From Spirochaetota bacterium (lineage in GTDB: Bacteria; Spirochaetota; UBA4802; UBA5550): a DNA stretch of 64,000 bases. The stretch lies in NCBI GenBank assembly GCA_016933025.1, contig JAFGBT010000006.1, forward strand, positions 155,078 through 219,077, in the 5' to 3' direction. Each line of letters starts with the position of its first letter. Positions within the stretch are counted from its first letter, which is position 1. Of this stretch, positions 34,050 through 43,019 are shown piece after piece. The notes below the pieces were generated by a model that made no database searches, was not told where the DNA came from, and saw only the letters and a program-made list of their open reading frames with translations. Made by a program: the position numbers and the translations under genes.

Positions 34050-35054
34050 TCATTTCTCCTTGTTGTTCGCGACCAGGTTCTCGATGGCGCGAAGCTTCAG
34101 GATCCTTTCGATCCCGCCGTTCAGCTCCAGGTATTCGTAAAAGTCCTTCGTGTCGAGGATTTGCTTCCGGTAAAATTTCCTGAACTCTTCCGGGTCCTTC
34201 TCAACGGTGAGCCACTCCCTCAGGTGCTCCTCGTCGGAAAAATACTCGTAGGGCATGTTGCCGGGGTAGCTCCCGAAGGGGACCTCGACCACTGCGTCGA
34301 CGCACCAGAAGGGAATGAAGGTCGCATGGGGCGTATGCCTGATTTCATCGTTCGGTATGATCCGCTCAGTGGTCAGCACAACCCGCTTCGACGCCCGCGC
34401 AAGGTCCTGGTCGGACACGGACGCGCCTAAAACGCGGGCATTGCCGTACACGTCGCACTCATGCACGTGGATGGCGGCAAAATCCGGATAAAGCGCCGGG
34501 TATGCCGCGTATTTCTGCCCGGTAAAGGGACACAGTATCTCCTTCGCCGCGCTGTAGTTAAAGGTGTCGGTGCCGAGAATGTTGCGCGCCGGCAAAAAAG
34601 AGAGCCCCATCGCCGCCGCCTTGAGCCGCCACGAGAGCGTCGCGTTGGTCCACTCGGTGAGCTTGATATTCCCGCTCTCGACGGCGCGGCGGGAACTCGG
34701 CGAAAGGCCCCGCGCCTCCAGTCCTATGATGTAGGCGATGTCGAGACGGTCGATGCAGCCGCCCCCGACCAGGATCTGCATGTCATGGGTCGAGGTATGG
34801 CCGGCAAAGGCCAGATTTTTCTTCCCCTGACGCGCGATCTCATGAAGAACGGCGGTCGGGATCCTGTTGGCCCCGAACCCGCCGATGGCTATGTAGTCCC
34901 CGTCTTTCAACAGGGTCTTCACGGCCTCCCGCACCGTAGTGACCTTGTTCACCATGGCGCGCGACTTCTGCCTGAAAAATTGACGCGCGGCGTCGGCATC
35001 CGGGTCGGAGAACAACTGGTTCCGGCCTTCCTTCAATTCAACTGGATTGCTCAT
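34050..35054 (-). CDS. CoA-transferase subunit A (GctA-like)
   Basis: GctA-like length and motifs (IAIGGFG...); 1-nt gap to subunit B. Confidence 0.8.
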   Translation of the reverse strand: MSNPVELKEGRNQLFSDPDADAARQFFRQKSRAMVNKVTTVREAVKTLLKDGDYIAIGGFGANRIPTAVLHEIARQGKKNLAFAGHTSTHDMQILVGGGCIDRLDIAYIIGLEARGLSPSSRRAVESGNIKLTEWTNATLSWRLKAAAMGLSFLPARNILGTDTFNYSAAKEILCPFTGQKYAAYPALYPDFAAIHVHECDVYGNARVLGASVSDQDLARASKRVVLTTERIIPNDEIRHTPHATFIPFWCVDAVVEVPFGSYPGNMPYEYFSDEEHLREWLTVEKDPEEFRKFYRKQILDTKDFYEYLELNGGIERILKLRAIENLVANNKEK

Positions 35055-35105
35055 AATTCCGCTCCTTGGCTCTTAAGGTTTTCCCGGTACTCAATCCATT
35101 CCGGA

Positions 35106-36947
35106 TTATTTCTTTTCGAATAAACCATCCGCTGCCTCTTTCGCGTACATCTCTTCGATGAGGTCCCTGTACTTCTCCTGTACCACTTTGCGCTTGACCT
35201 TCAGCGACGGGGTAAGCTCGCCGCCGTTCTGCGAAAACTCGGTCTTGATGATCCTGAACTGCTTTATTCCCTCGTACCTGGCGAGGTGCGAGTTACGCTC
35301 ATCCACGTGCCTCTGCACAACCGATAGAAACTTCTGATCGTCCAGGAGGCCGGCCGGATCCCCGAAGGCGATGCCTTCCGCCTTCGCGATTCGCGCGGCC
35401 TCCTCGATGTTGATGTTGCACAGGCCGGTCAGGTACTTCCTCTTCTCGCCGATGACGATAAACTGCGTGAACAGCGGGTCCGATTTGAAGAGATTCTCGA
35501 TCTTCTGGGGCGCGACGTTCTTCCCGCCCGAGGTGATAATCAGGTCCTTCTTGCGGTCGGTGATGAGAAGGTTCCCCTCGTCATCGAACATGCCGATATC
35601 GCCCGACATGAAATAGCCGTCGGGGGTGAATGCGTCTTTCGTCTCGTCCGGAAGCTTCCAGTAGCCCCTGATGACATTCCCTCCCTTGATTAAAATCTCC
35701 CCGTCGTCCGCAATTTTGATATCCTCTCCCGGAATCGGCTTACCGGTGGTCCCGATCCGGTAATCGGCGAGGGACTGCATGGTGGCCGGCGCGGTCGTCT
35801 CGGTCATGCCGTACCCCTGGATGACGGTGATGCCGGCGGCGTTGAAGAAGCGGATGATCTCCTCGGCCGTGGGAGCGCCGGACGCGGTCATCCAGGTGAC
35901 CCGCCCTCCCAGCTTGTCCTGGAGCTTCTTGAAAATCATGGCGTAGGCGATCCTGTATTTCAGCTTCAGCCAGAATGGTATGCGCCTGTGCATCTCCCGG
36001 CGCCTGCTGATCCTGCTGCCGACCTTCTGTCCCCAGTAGAACACTCTCTGCTTGAAGGCGGACTGCTCCTGCACCTGCGCCATGATCTTCTGGTAGACCT
36101 TCTCGCAGACGCGGGGCACGGCCAGGATCATGGTGGGCCGCCTCTCCTCGAAGTCGGCCAGCAGGGTGTCGATGCTCTCGGCGTACGAGGCCGTGATGCC
36201 GCAGTACATGCCGTAGAAGTGCCCTGCGATCCGCTCGAACACGTGTGAGAGCGGGAGGAAGGGAACGGTGCAGTCCGTATCCGAGGCAAAATGCGGCCGG
36301 ATCGCGTCGAGCGACTGGACCACCCAGAAAATGTTCCCATGACTGATCATCGCGCCCTTGGGGAGTCCGGTCGTCCCAGAGGTATAGACCAGGGTCGCCA
36401 GGTCGTCCGGACCAACATCGGCCGCCAGCTTCTCGAACAGGTTCCGGTCCGCCTCCTGTTGTTTGCGTCCCAGCTCCATCAGCTCATTGAAGGAAATCAC
36501 CTTCGGGTTCGACCTGTCCGCGTCGCCATCCTCCATGACGACAATCTTCTCCAGTTTCGGGCATTTATCCGCTATCTCGAGTATCTTGGTCAGCTGGTTC
36601 TTATTTTCAGATATGATTATTCTTGATTCCGAATTGTTGAGGATGTATTCTATCTCCTCGGCCACCAGCGTCGGATATACCGGTATGAGGACGCCGCCGA
36701 TTCCCATGATCCCCATGTCGGAATACAGCCACTCGAGGCGGTTCTCGGAGAGAAGAGCCACCATGTCCCCCTTCCGTATGCCGAGATAATACAGGCCGAG
36801 GCCGGTCGCGCGCGCCCGTTCATAATATTCGTTCCAGGAAGCGCCGTGCCAAACGCCTTTCAGTTTTTTCTCTATCGCAAGTCTGTCGCCGTATTTCTCA
36901 ACGCGATTGCGGAAAACATCATTGACGGTCCTTTCTGCTGATTCCAC
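35106..36947 (-). CDS. long-chain-fatty-acid--CoA ligase (AMP-binding)
   Basis: AMP-binding motif TSGTTGLPKG; 613 aa, FadD-like. Confidence 0.85.
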   Translation of the reverse strand: MESAERTVNDVFRNRVEKYGDRLAIEKKLKGVWHGASWNEYYERARATGLGLYYLGIRKGDMVALLSENRLEWLYSDMGIMGIGGVLIPVYPTLVAEEIEYILNNSESRIIISENKNQLTKILEIADKCPKLEKIVVMEDGDADRSNPKVISFNELMELGRKQQEADRNLFEKLAADVGPDDLATLVYTSGTTGLPKGAMISHGNIFWVVQSLDAIRPHFASDTDCTVPFLPLSHVFERIAGHFYGMYCGITASYAESIDTLLADFEERRPTMILAVPRVCEKVYQKIMAQVQEQSAFKQRVFYWGQKVGSRISRRREMHRRIPFWLKLKYRIAYAMIFKKLQDKLGGRVTWMTASGAPTAEEIIRFFNAAGITVIQGYGMTETTAPATMQSLADYRIGTTGKPIPGEDIKIADDGEILIKGGNVIRGYWKLPDETKDAFTPDGYFMSGDIGMFDDEGNLLITDRKKDLIITSGGKNVAPQKIENLFKSDPLFTQFIVIGEKRKYLTGLCNINIEEAARIAKAEGIAFGDPAGLLDDQKFLSVVQRHVDERNSHLARYEGIKQFRIIKTEFSQNGGELTPSLKVKRKVVQEKYRDLIEEMYAKEAADGLFEKK

Positions 36948-37014
36948 GGAACACCTCCTGCATAAAATATTATGCCTGATTCAGACTGTTATATTTCAGT
37001 TCAATATGTATACC

Positions 37015-37054
37015 GCGGCGCCTCCCTGTTTTTTGGGAGACAGGGAGGCGCCGC
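37015..37054 (-). terminator. stem-loop GCGGCGCCTCCCTG(N12)CAGGGAGGCGCCGC downstream of the crotonase gene
   Basis: 14-bp perfect stem; weak U-tract. Confidence 0.4.
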
Positions 37055-37064
37055 ATAACATACC

Positions 37065-37844
37065 TTATCTCCCCTTGAAACTCGGCCTCCGCTTCTCTAA
37101 AAACGCGGCAATCCCCTCTTTCTTGTCCTCGCTCTCCGCAAGCCCTCCGAAGAGCCGGCTCTCCAGCTTCAACCCGTCCGCCAGTGGCATCTTCCCGCCG
37201 ACCAGGACAGCCTCGATGACGGCGCTCACGGCGAGCCGGCCCTTGAACGAAAGGTCCTTCGCGAACTTCATGGCCTCCTCCATGAGGGCGGCATGGGGGA
37301 CGACGCGGTTGACCAGCCCGATCCTCTCGCACTCGGACGCCGGTATGAATTTACCGGTGAGCATGATCTCAAGCGCCCGCGCCGGCCCCAGGAGCCGCGC
37401 CGCCCGCTGGGTTCCGCCGAACGCCGGCATGATGCCGAGCAGGATCTCCGGCAGGCCCATCTGCGCCTGGTCGCCGATGAACCGCATGTGGCATGCCATG
37501 GCAAGCTCGGTGCCGCCCCCCAGACAGAGGCCGTTGATCGCGGCGATTACAGGCTTTCGAAGGTTTTCTATCAGATTTATAATCCCCTGGGCCTCTGACG
37601 TGAGCGCCTCGCCCTTCTCGCGCGTGTCGACTTCCCGCACCTTGTTGACGTCGGCCCCGACGATAAATGTCGGGCCCTCGCCGGTGATTACCACGACCTT
37701 CACCGAATCGTCGGCGGCGATCTTCTTCATCGAGCTTTCAAGCTGGCGCATGGTCTCCTCATCCAGCGCGTTCATCGGGGGGTTGTTGATCTTCAGAAGG
37801 GCAACGCCCCGCTCGTTGACTTCGTAATAGCATTTGTCAGCCAT
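37065..37844 (-). CDS. enoyl-CoA hydratase/isomerase (crotonase family)
   Basis: AAINGLCLGGGTELAMACHMRF; paralog of the 3049-3825 gene. Confidence 0.85.
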   Translation of the reverse strand: MADKCYYEVNERGVALLKINNPPMNALDEETMRQLESSMKKIAADDSVKVVVITGEGPTFIVGADVNKVREVDTREKGEALTSEAQGIINLIENLRKPVIAAINGLCLGGGTELAMACHMRFIGDQAQMGLPEILLGIMPAFGGTQRAARLLGPARALEIMLTGKFIPASECERIGLVNRVVPHAALMEEAMKFAKDLSFKGRLAVSAVIEAVLVGGKMPLADGLKLESRLFGGLAESEDKKEGIAAFLEKRRPSFKGR

Positions 37845-37865
37845 ACAATCTCTCCTCGCTTAAAC

Positions 37866-37905
37866 ACCCTCACCCCTGCCCCTCTCCCACGGGGAGAGGG
37901 TACAC
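37866..37905. repeat. G/C-tract repeat copy R7 (CCCTCACCCCTGCCCCTCTCCCACGGGGAGAGGG)
   Basis: Near-identical to the middle module of R2. Confidence 0.4.
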
Positions 37906-37917
37906 CGTGGCGTGAGG

Positions 37918-39345
37918 TCATTTCTTCCTCAATCCCATGATCGCGCGGGCCTCGTCGCAGGTGGCAATCGGCCTGCCGAGACATTCGGCGACCCCGACCG
38001 CCACCTCGACCAGCTCGTAGCTGCCCTTGGCCAGCTCGCCGTTCGGCATCCTGATATTGTCCTCCAGGCCGACCCGCATGTGCCCGCCGAGGAGGCACGA
38101 CTGCATGATGCACGGAAACTCGTCGGTGCCGACGCCGCAGGTGGTGAAGTTCGCCTTCGGCGGGAGCGCGTTCATCATCGCTATGAAGGTCTCGGCCCTG
38201 AAGGCCTGGCCGCCGGCCACGCCCCAGACGAAATTGAAGTTCATCGGATCGGTGAAGAAACCCTGCTTCGAGATCAACATGGTGTTGTCGAGCCCCCCCA
38301 TGTCATAGCACTCGATCTCCGGCTTCACGCCGTTCTCCTCCATGGCCTTGCCGAAATCCTGCAGCATGGTAAAGGTGTTCTCGAACACGTAGTCGATGAA
38401 GATCTTTCCGGTCTTCCGGTCGATGATACTGAAATTCATCGTATTGGTGTTCAGAGACGCCATCTCGGGCTTGATCTCCACGATCTGGCTGATGCGCTGC
38501 TCGGCGGTCTTGCCCATGCCGACGGCCGAGCTCAGGTTCACGATCAGCTCCGGGCTCTTCTGCTTGATGGCGTCGTGGGTCGCCCGGATCCTGTCGATCT
38601 CGTGCGTCGCGAAGCCGTTGTCCATGCGCGCGTGCACGTGCACCATGGCCGCGCCCGCCTTCCAGCACTTGTGCGCCTCTTCCGCGAACTCCGCCGGCGT
38701 GTATGGGACGCTCGGGTTCTGGTTCTTCATGGTCGCCGCGCCGGTAAGGGCGGCGGTGATTATTACTGGCTTTGACATATCCGGTTTTCCTCCCCTTCGT
38801 TTTTCCTGAGTTTCAGGCTCGTCCGACGGAACCCATTGTTTACGCAACTTGCTGCGCTCGTGTACCGACAGCGTTTCAACCGCCGGCCTGAAGTGATCGA
38901 TGTCGAGAATGGTGCTCGTCGTTTTCTCGGCGAACACCGCCTCAACCTTCATCCCTATCTTGACGTCCTCTATCTTACACTCTTCGACAATATGCAAGAA
39001 GGGCGTGTCCGCGCCTTCCAGCTTGATGAGAGCGAGGACGAACGGCGCCTTTCGCGGCAGGTGCTTGTCGTCGTAGCGCACCACCGTGAAGTTCGTCACC
39101 GTTCCGCTTGAGCCCACTTCGACCCAGTTGTCCCGTATATCCGTTAAATCCTTGTCGCAGACCTGCCGCGGCGGCAGGTACACCATGCCGCAGGCCGGGC
39201 ACTTCACTCCCATTATCTTCTTCTTGTCCCGGATCGTCGTGATGAACTTGCTGCCGACGCGTCCGGCGAAATAGCTGTACGGGAGCGCCATCTTGCCTTC
39301 AATGATGTAGCTGTCTTCATATCCCTTTATTTGCTTATCTATCAT
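37918..39345 (-). CDS. fusion protein: N-terminal DUF35 (Zn ribbon/OB-fold) domain and C-terminal BKACE/DUF849 (3-keto-5-aminohexanoate cleavage enzyme-like) domain
   Basis: Single uninterrupted frame (the ORF track reports 37918-39453). N-half GVKCPACGMVYLPPRQVC plus OB-fold; C-half starts MSKPVIITAALTGA. Start chosen at ATG 39345 with TAAGGAG RBS, 11 nt after the upstream stop. Confidence 0.6.
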   Translation of the reverse strand: MIDKQIKGYEDSYIIEGKMALPYSYFAGRVGSKFITTIRDKKKIMGVKCPACGMVYLPPRQVCDKDLTDIRDNWVEVGSSGTVTNFTVVRYDDKHLPRKAPFVLALIKLEGADTPFLHIVEECKIEDVKIGMKVEAVFAEKTTSTILDIDHFRPAVETLSVHERSKLRKQWVPSDEPETQEKRRGGKPDMSKPVIITAALTGAATMKNQNPSVPYTPAEFAEEAHKCWKAGAAMVHVHARMDNGFATHEIDRIRATHDAIKQKSPELIVNLSSAVGMGKTAEQRISQIVEIKPEMASLNTNTMNFSIIDRKTGKIFIDYVFENTFTMLQDFGKAMEENGVKPEIECYDMGGLDNTMLISKQGFFTDPMNFNFVWGVAGGQAFRAETFIAMMNALPPKANFTTCGVGTDEFPCIMQSCLLGGHMRVGLEDNIRMPNGELAKGSYELVEVAVGVAECLGRPIATCDEARAIMGLRKK

Positions 39346-39356
39346 GTCCCGGCTCC

Positions 39357-40550
39357 TTACTCGTCGATTTCGAAATATTTGATGTCCCAGATATCGCCGG
39401 CCCGTTTTTCCTCCCAGACCGGACGAACGCGCGTTCCCTTCTTCTCGTTCCATCCCATCTCGATCTTTTCAATCTGGTCCTTCCGTATAAAATGAGGGAG
39501 GGTCTCGTTGCCCTTGCATCCGTCCAGGAGAATCATGATCGACCCGTAGGGCGTCTCTCGCGCCACTCCGGTCAGCGGGTCGGGAAGAGCGTAGTAGACG
39601 ACATCCATGTACCGGACTTCTCCCTTCGGCCCGACCTCTACAAATTCAGATACGCGTACCCTGCACTCGGCGCACATCTCCCGCGGCGGGAGCTGTATGC
39701 GGCCGCACTTCGGGCACCGGTTCCCGTATATCTTTTTATCCTTCAGTCCCTTGAGGAACCTGCCCATGACCGGGCCGGTCGCGTACTTCTGGTTGACCGA
39801 GATAATCTTCTTCAACACCAGAAGCTCCTGCTCGGGTACGGCGCCGCCCATCGGGTCCTTGTATTTCTCGAACATGACCGGCCATTTCGTCTGAATGAGG
39901 TTGATATCGCCTTTGGCCGATCCCTTGCCCGCCGCCAGCAGGGTCTGCGCGTCTATCTTACCGAGGATAAAATCGACATAGTCCTTCGCGTCGTTGAATT
40001 CGAGGGTCACGGTCGGATTGCCCTCGATGGTCGTCGCAATCGTGCACTTCTTGTCCTTGACGGATACCGTCCACGTGCCGCCGTCCGGGCCGCCGAGATC
40101 GTAGGCGAACGACGCGTCCACGTCCTCCGCCTCCTCGGGCTTGAATCGCGACACGATCGTCCCGAACATGTCCTCTATGTACTCCCGGGTCGACATCTCC
40201 TTCTTCGCGATGACGAACTTGCGAAACATCCTGCCGGTCTTGCCGAACGCGCCCATGTCGCCCTCAACCTTGACCTTGCCTCCCATGAAGGCGTTCGTCG
40301 CGTCGACCTTGCCGGTGTTCACGCCGACGAAGGTCTCGCCGTCGGCGCTCATCGTCGCGACGCATCCGGTTATTCCGTCGACCCTCTCAACCGCCGCGAG
40401 CGTTCCGTTATACACGGTCACCTTCCATTTTCCTTCCCCGGCGATATCGTATCCGTACGAGGCCGTTACGCCCTGCGCGCCCTCGGGACGGAACCGTTCC
40501 TGCATGGTATTGAATATATCTTCAACTTTAATTCCCCAGTATTCTGCCAT
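39357..40550 (-). CDS. fusion protein: two tandem SCP2 sterol-carrier domains and C-terminal DUF35 domain
   Basis: Two AFMGGKVKVEGDM-type SCP2 signatures, then NRCPKCGRIQLPPREMCAECR plus OB-fold; AGGAGG RBS at the trimmed start. Confidence 0.65.
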   Translation of the reverse strand: MAEYWGIKVEDIFNTMQERFRPEGAQGVTASYGYDIAGEGKWKVTVYNGTLAAVERVDGITGCVATMSADGETFVGVNTGKVDATNAFMGGKVKVEGDMGAFGKTGRMFRKFVIAKKEMSTREYIEDMFGTIVSRFKPEEAEDVDASFAYDLGGPDGGTWTVSVKDKKCTIATTIEGNPTVTLEFNDAKDYVDFILGKIDAQTLLAAGKGSAKGDINLIQTKWPVMFEKYKDPMGGAVPEQELLVLKKIISVNQKYATGPVMGRFLKGLKDKKIYGNRCPKCGRIQLPPREMCAECRVRVSEFVEVGPKGEVRYMDVVYYALPDPLTGVARETPYGSIMILLDGCKGNETLPHFIRKDQIEKIEMGWNEKKGTRVRPVWEEKRAGDIWDIKYFEIDE

Positions 40551-40560
40551 GATTGTCCTC

Positions 40561-41760
40561 CTACCAGTTGAGTTCCTTCTCGAGCATCGTGAGCACGGTC
40601 CACATCGTGCCGCCAAAGCCCGAGGCCAGCGCGTGGTTTACCGGGGTCGGGATCTGGTGATCGCCCGCGCCGCCCCGTACCTGAAGGGCGGCCTCGGCGA
40701 CCCGTACCAGCGCAGTCGCTCCGATCGGGTTCGACGCGATGACCCCGCCCGACGGGTTGATCGGCAGCTTCCCGCCTATCATGACCTCTTTGTCCTCAAT
40801 CAGCCTGAGGTGCTCATCGCCCTTGAGATCGAAAAAGTCCCTGAGCCAATCTATGGCCCACCACGATGCGGGATCGTACATCTCGAACACGTCAAAATAA
40901 TTCAACGGGTCCTTGATGTCATTCCGTTTGAAAAGCTGTTCCGCCGCGAACTTGTGGCTCTTGGTAACGGGGAACGCCCTGTTGTATCCGAAGATGGTGA
41001 ATATCTCTTCCTTGTGGATGGCGATATGGTCCCGAACCCAAACCGGCCGCCGTGACAGCTCCTTCGCCTTTTTCTCGGAGGCGTATATGACCGCGCACGC
41101 TCCGTCCGACTGAGAGCACATCTCGATCAGCTTCAGATCGCCGACGAGCTTCGGGGACGACTTGATCAGGTCGTCGATCTGGCTGAAGTCGAGGCCGAAG
41201 GCGCGGTGCGCGTTCGGGTTAAGGCACGCGTGCTTGTCCATTATGATGCGGTATGTCAGGGAGACCCTGTTGGCCCTCTCGAGGCCGAATTCCCGCGAGA
41301 CATCGTACGCCGATGACCCGGTCAGGGCCCCCGCCTGGATCTTGCGGAACCAGAGCGGGTCCGCCATGTTGGTGATGCCGGCTGTGGTGTGCCCCTCCTG
41401 CAGTTTCTCGAAGCCGATGGCCATGACGATGTCGTACATGCCCGACGCCACCAGGTTGTCCGCGGCGCAGGATATGGTTGCGCCCGACGTGCCGCCCGTT
41501 GTGATCCTGATGCTGTCCTTGCCGTAGGCGCCTGTTCCCAGCATGTGCCACATGTCCGGCTGGTGAATCATCTCGAAGAGCTCCATATTGCCGTGAACGA
41601 CACAGTCGACGTCATTCATCGTCAGGTTCGCGTCTTGCAGCGCGAGGCTGACCGCCTCGTATATCATCTCCGGCTGGTTCACGTCCTCGCGGTGGCTCGA
41701 ATGCTTTGTCTGCCCCACGCCTATTATACCGACGTTTCTGTTCTTTTTTCTGTGTGCCAT
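40561..41760 (-). CDS. SCP2-type thiolase-like protein, subfamily A (Ala at the position of the Cys in paralog 30361)
   Basis: TTGGTSGATISCAADNLVASGMYD...IGFEKL; C-terminal GGVIASNPIGATA. Confidence 0.85.
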   Translation of the reverse strand: MAHRKKNRNVGIIGVGQTKHSSHREDVNQPEMIYEAVSLALQDANLTMNDVDCVVHGNMELFEMIHQPDMWHMLGTGAYGKDSIRITTGGTSGATISCAADNLVASGMYDIVMAIGFEKLQEGHTTAGITNMADPLWFRKIQAGALTGSSAYDVSREFGLERANRVSLTYRIIMDKHACLNPNAHRAFGLDFSQIDDLIKSSPKLVGDLKLIEMCSQSDGACAVIYASEKKAKELSRRPVWVRDHIAIHKEEIFTIFGYNRAFPVTKSHKFAAEQLFKRNDIKDPLNYFDVFEMYDPASWWAIDWLRDFFDLKGDEHLRLIEDKEVMIGGKLPINPSGGVIASNPIGATALVRVAEAALQVRGGAGDHQIPTPVNHALASGFGGTMWTVLTMLEKELNW

Positions 41761-41772
41761 TGTTCTTCCTCC

Positions 41773-42918
41773 CTAAGCTTCCATTACGATAACGGCCTGG
41801 TGCTGGCCGGCGCCGCCGGTCGCGGCCTGGGCGACGGCCCTCTTCACTCCCTTGACCTGGCGGTCGCCCGCCTGACCTGAAAGCTGATAGTAGCATTCGA
41901 TAGCCCGCGCCGCCCCCCCGAGGAGGAGCGGATTGCCGTTGAGATGGCCGCCAGACAGGTTGACATTGAACTTTTCCATACCGCCGTCATCAATCCACTT
42001 ACCGCCCTTCCCTTCATCGGCAATACCGACCCCCTCAGCCCACATCGGGAGCTGGTACGCCGCGTGATCGCTCAGCTCGAAGAGCTGGACGTCCTTTCGC
42101 GGGTCCTTGATGCCCGCCCTGGCGTAGGCCCTCTGCGCGGCTTGTTTCAGCGAGAAGTTCGAGCAAAGATCCCGGTCGCCTATGAAATACCGGTCCATGC
42201 AGCTGCCGTATCCGGTGAGCCAGACCGGTTTTTTGGTGAATTCCTTGACGCGTTCCTCGCAACAGAGGAGTATCCCGTACGCCCAGTCGGTGACCGGATA
42301 CACGTGAAGTTCGCGCAGCGGGTCCGCATACATCGGCGAATTCATCACCTCTTTCTCATCCACTTGTCTGTTCTCCCGCGCGTAGGGGTTCTTCTTAGCG
42401 TTTTTCCTGGAACGGACGACTATCTTCGCCAGGTGCTCCTCGGTAACGCCGGACTTCTCCATGTACTCCCGGGCCTGCAGGGCGTCGACGTTCTGAAAGT
42501 CCATCCCGACCGGCCGGCAGTAAAATGGATCGCAGGCGAGATTGGTCGCCATCCGCCTGCTCTCTCCCTGAGACTCCTTGCAGTGCCCCATGAAGAGTAT
42601 CACATCGTCATGGCCGCTCAGGATACAGGCCATAGCGTACCCGAGCCCGTTGATGCTCTCCTGAGCCATCTTCTCTTCGCCCCTGAAGTGGGCGCCCACG
42701 ACGTCAGTCACGCCGTTGTCTGATATGGTCCGCGCATCGAACACGTCATCGGAGCATGTTATAATGTTTCTGATACCCCTTTCCATGTCAAAGGTGACGC
42801 CGGTCTGCTCCATGATAGGCTCGAAGCACTCGAGCAGCATGTTCTGGAAGCGCATGTGCGCGTATTCCGGCTCGTTCTTGACCTGCGCCACTGCGCATAC
42901 CGCTATTCTTTTACTCAT
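41773..42918 (-). CDS. SCP2-type thiolase-like protein, subfamily B
   Basis: YAMACILSGHDDVILFMGHCKESQGES aligns with the 31530 paralog; GAGGAGG RBS. Confidence 0.85.
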   Translation of the reverse strand: MSKRIAVCAVAQVKNEPEYAHMRFQNMLLECFEPIMEQTGVTFDMERGIRNIITCSDDVFDARTISDNGVTDVVGAHFRGEEKMAQESINGLGYAMACILSGHDDVILFMGHCKESQGESRRMATNLACDPFYCRPVGMDFQNVDALQAREYMEKSGVTEEHLAKIVVRSRKNAKKNPYARENRQVDEKEVMNSPMYADPLRELHVYPVTDWAYGILLCCEERVKEFTKKPVWLTGYGSCMDRYFIGDRDLCSNFSLKQAAQRAYARAGIKDPRKDVQLFELSDHAAYQLPMWAEGVGIADEGKGGKWIDDGGMEKFNVNLSGGHLNGNPLLLGGAARAIECYYQLSGQAGDRQVKGVKRAVAQAATGGAGQHQAVIVMEA

Positions 42919-43019
42919 TACCAATCCTCCTCTCAATTCTTTTACGGCAACGGATCATGATAATACCACCTCGCATAACAGATTTGACATGGGCTTTGAT
43001 ATTGCCGCCTCGTGAATCT

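Noticed and set aside
33299-34183. + strand 294-aa ORF
   Set aside because: Antisense to the CoA-transferase A/B genes; no domains.
37912-38775. + strand 287-aa ORF
   Set aside because: Antisense to the BKACE domain gene.
37918-39453. Treating DUF35 and BKACE as two separate genes
   Set aside because: No in-frame stop separates them in the given sequence, so the fusion is reported as seen. A sequencing frameshift cannot be excluded without reads.
39492-40571. + strand 359-aa ORF
   Set aside because: Antisense to the SCP2-SCP2-DUF35 gene; Arg/Leu-rich.
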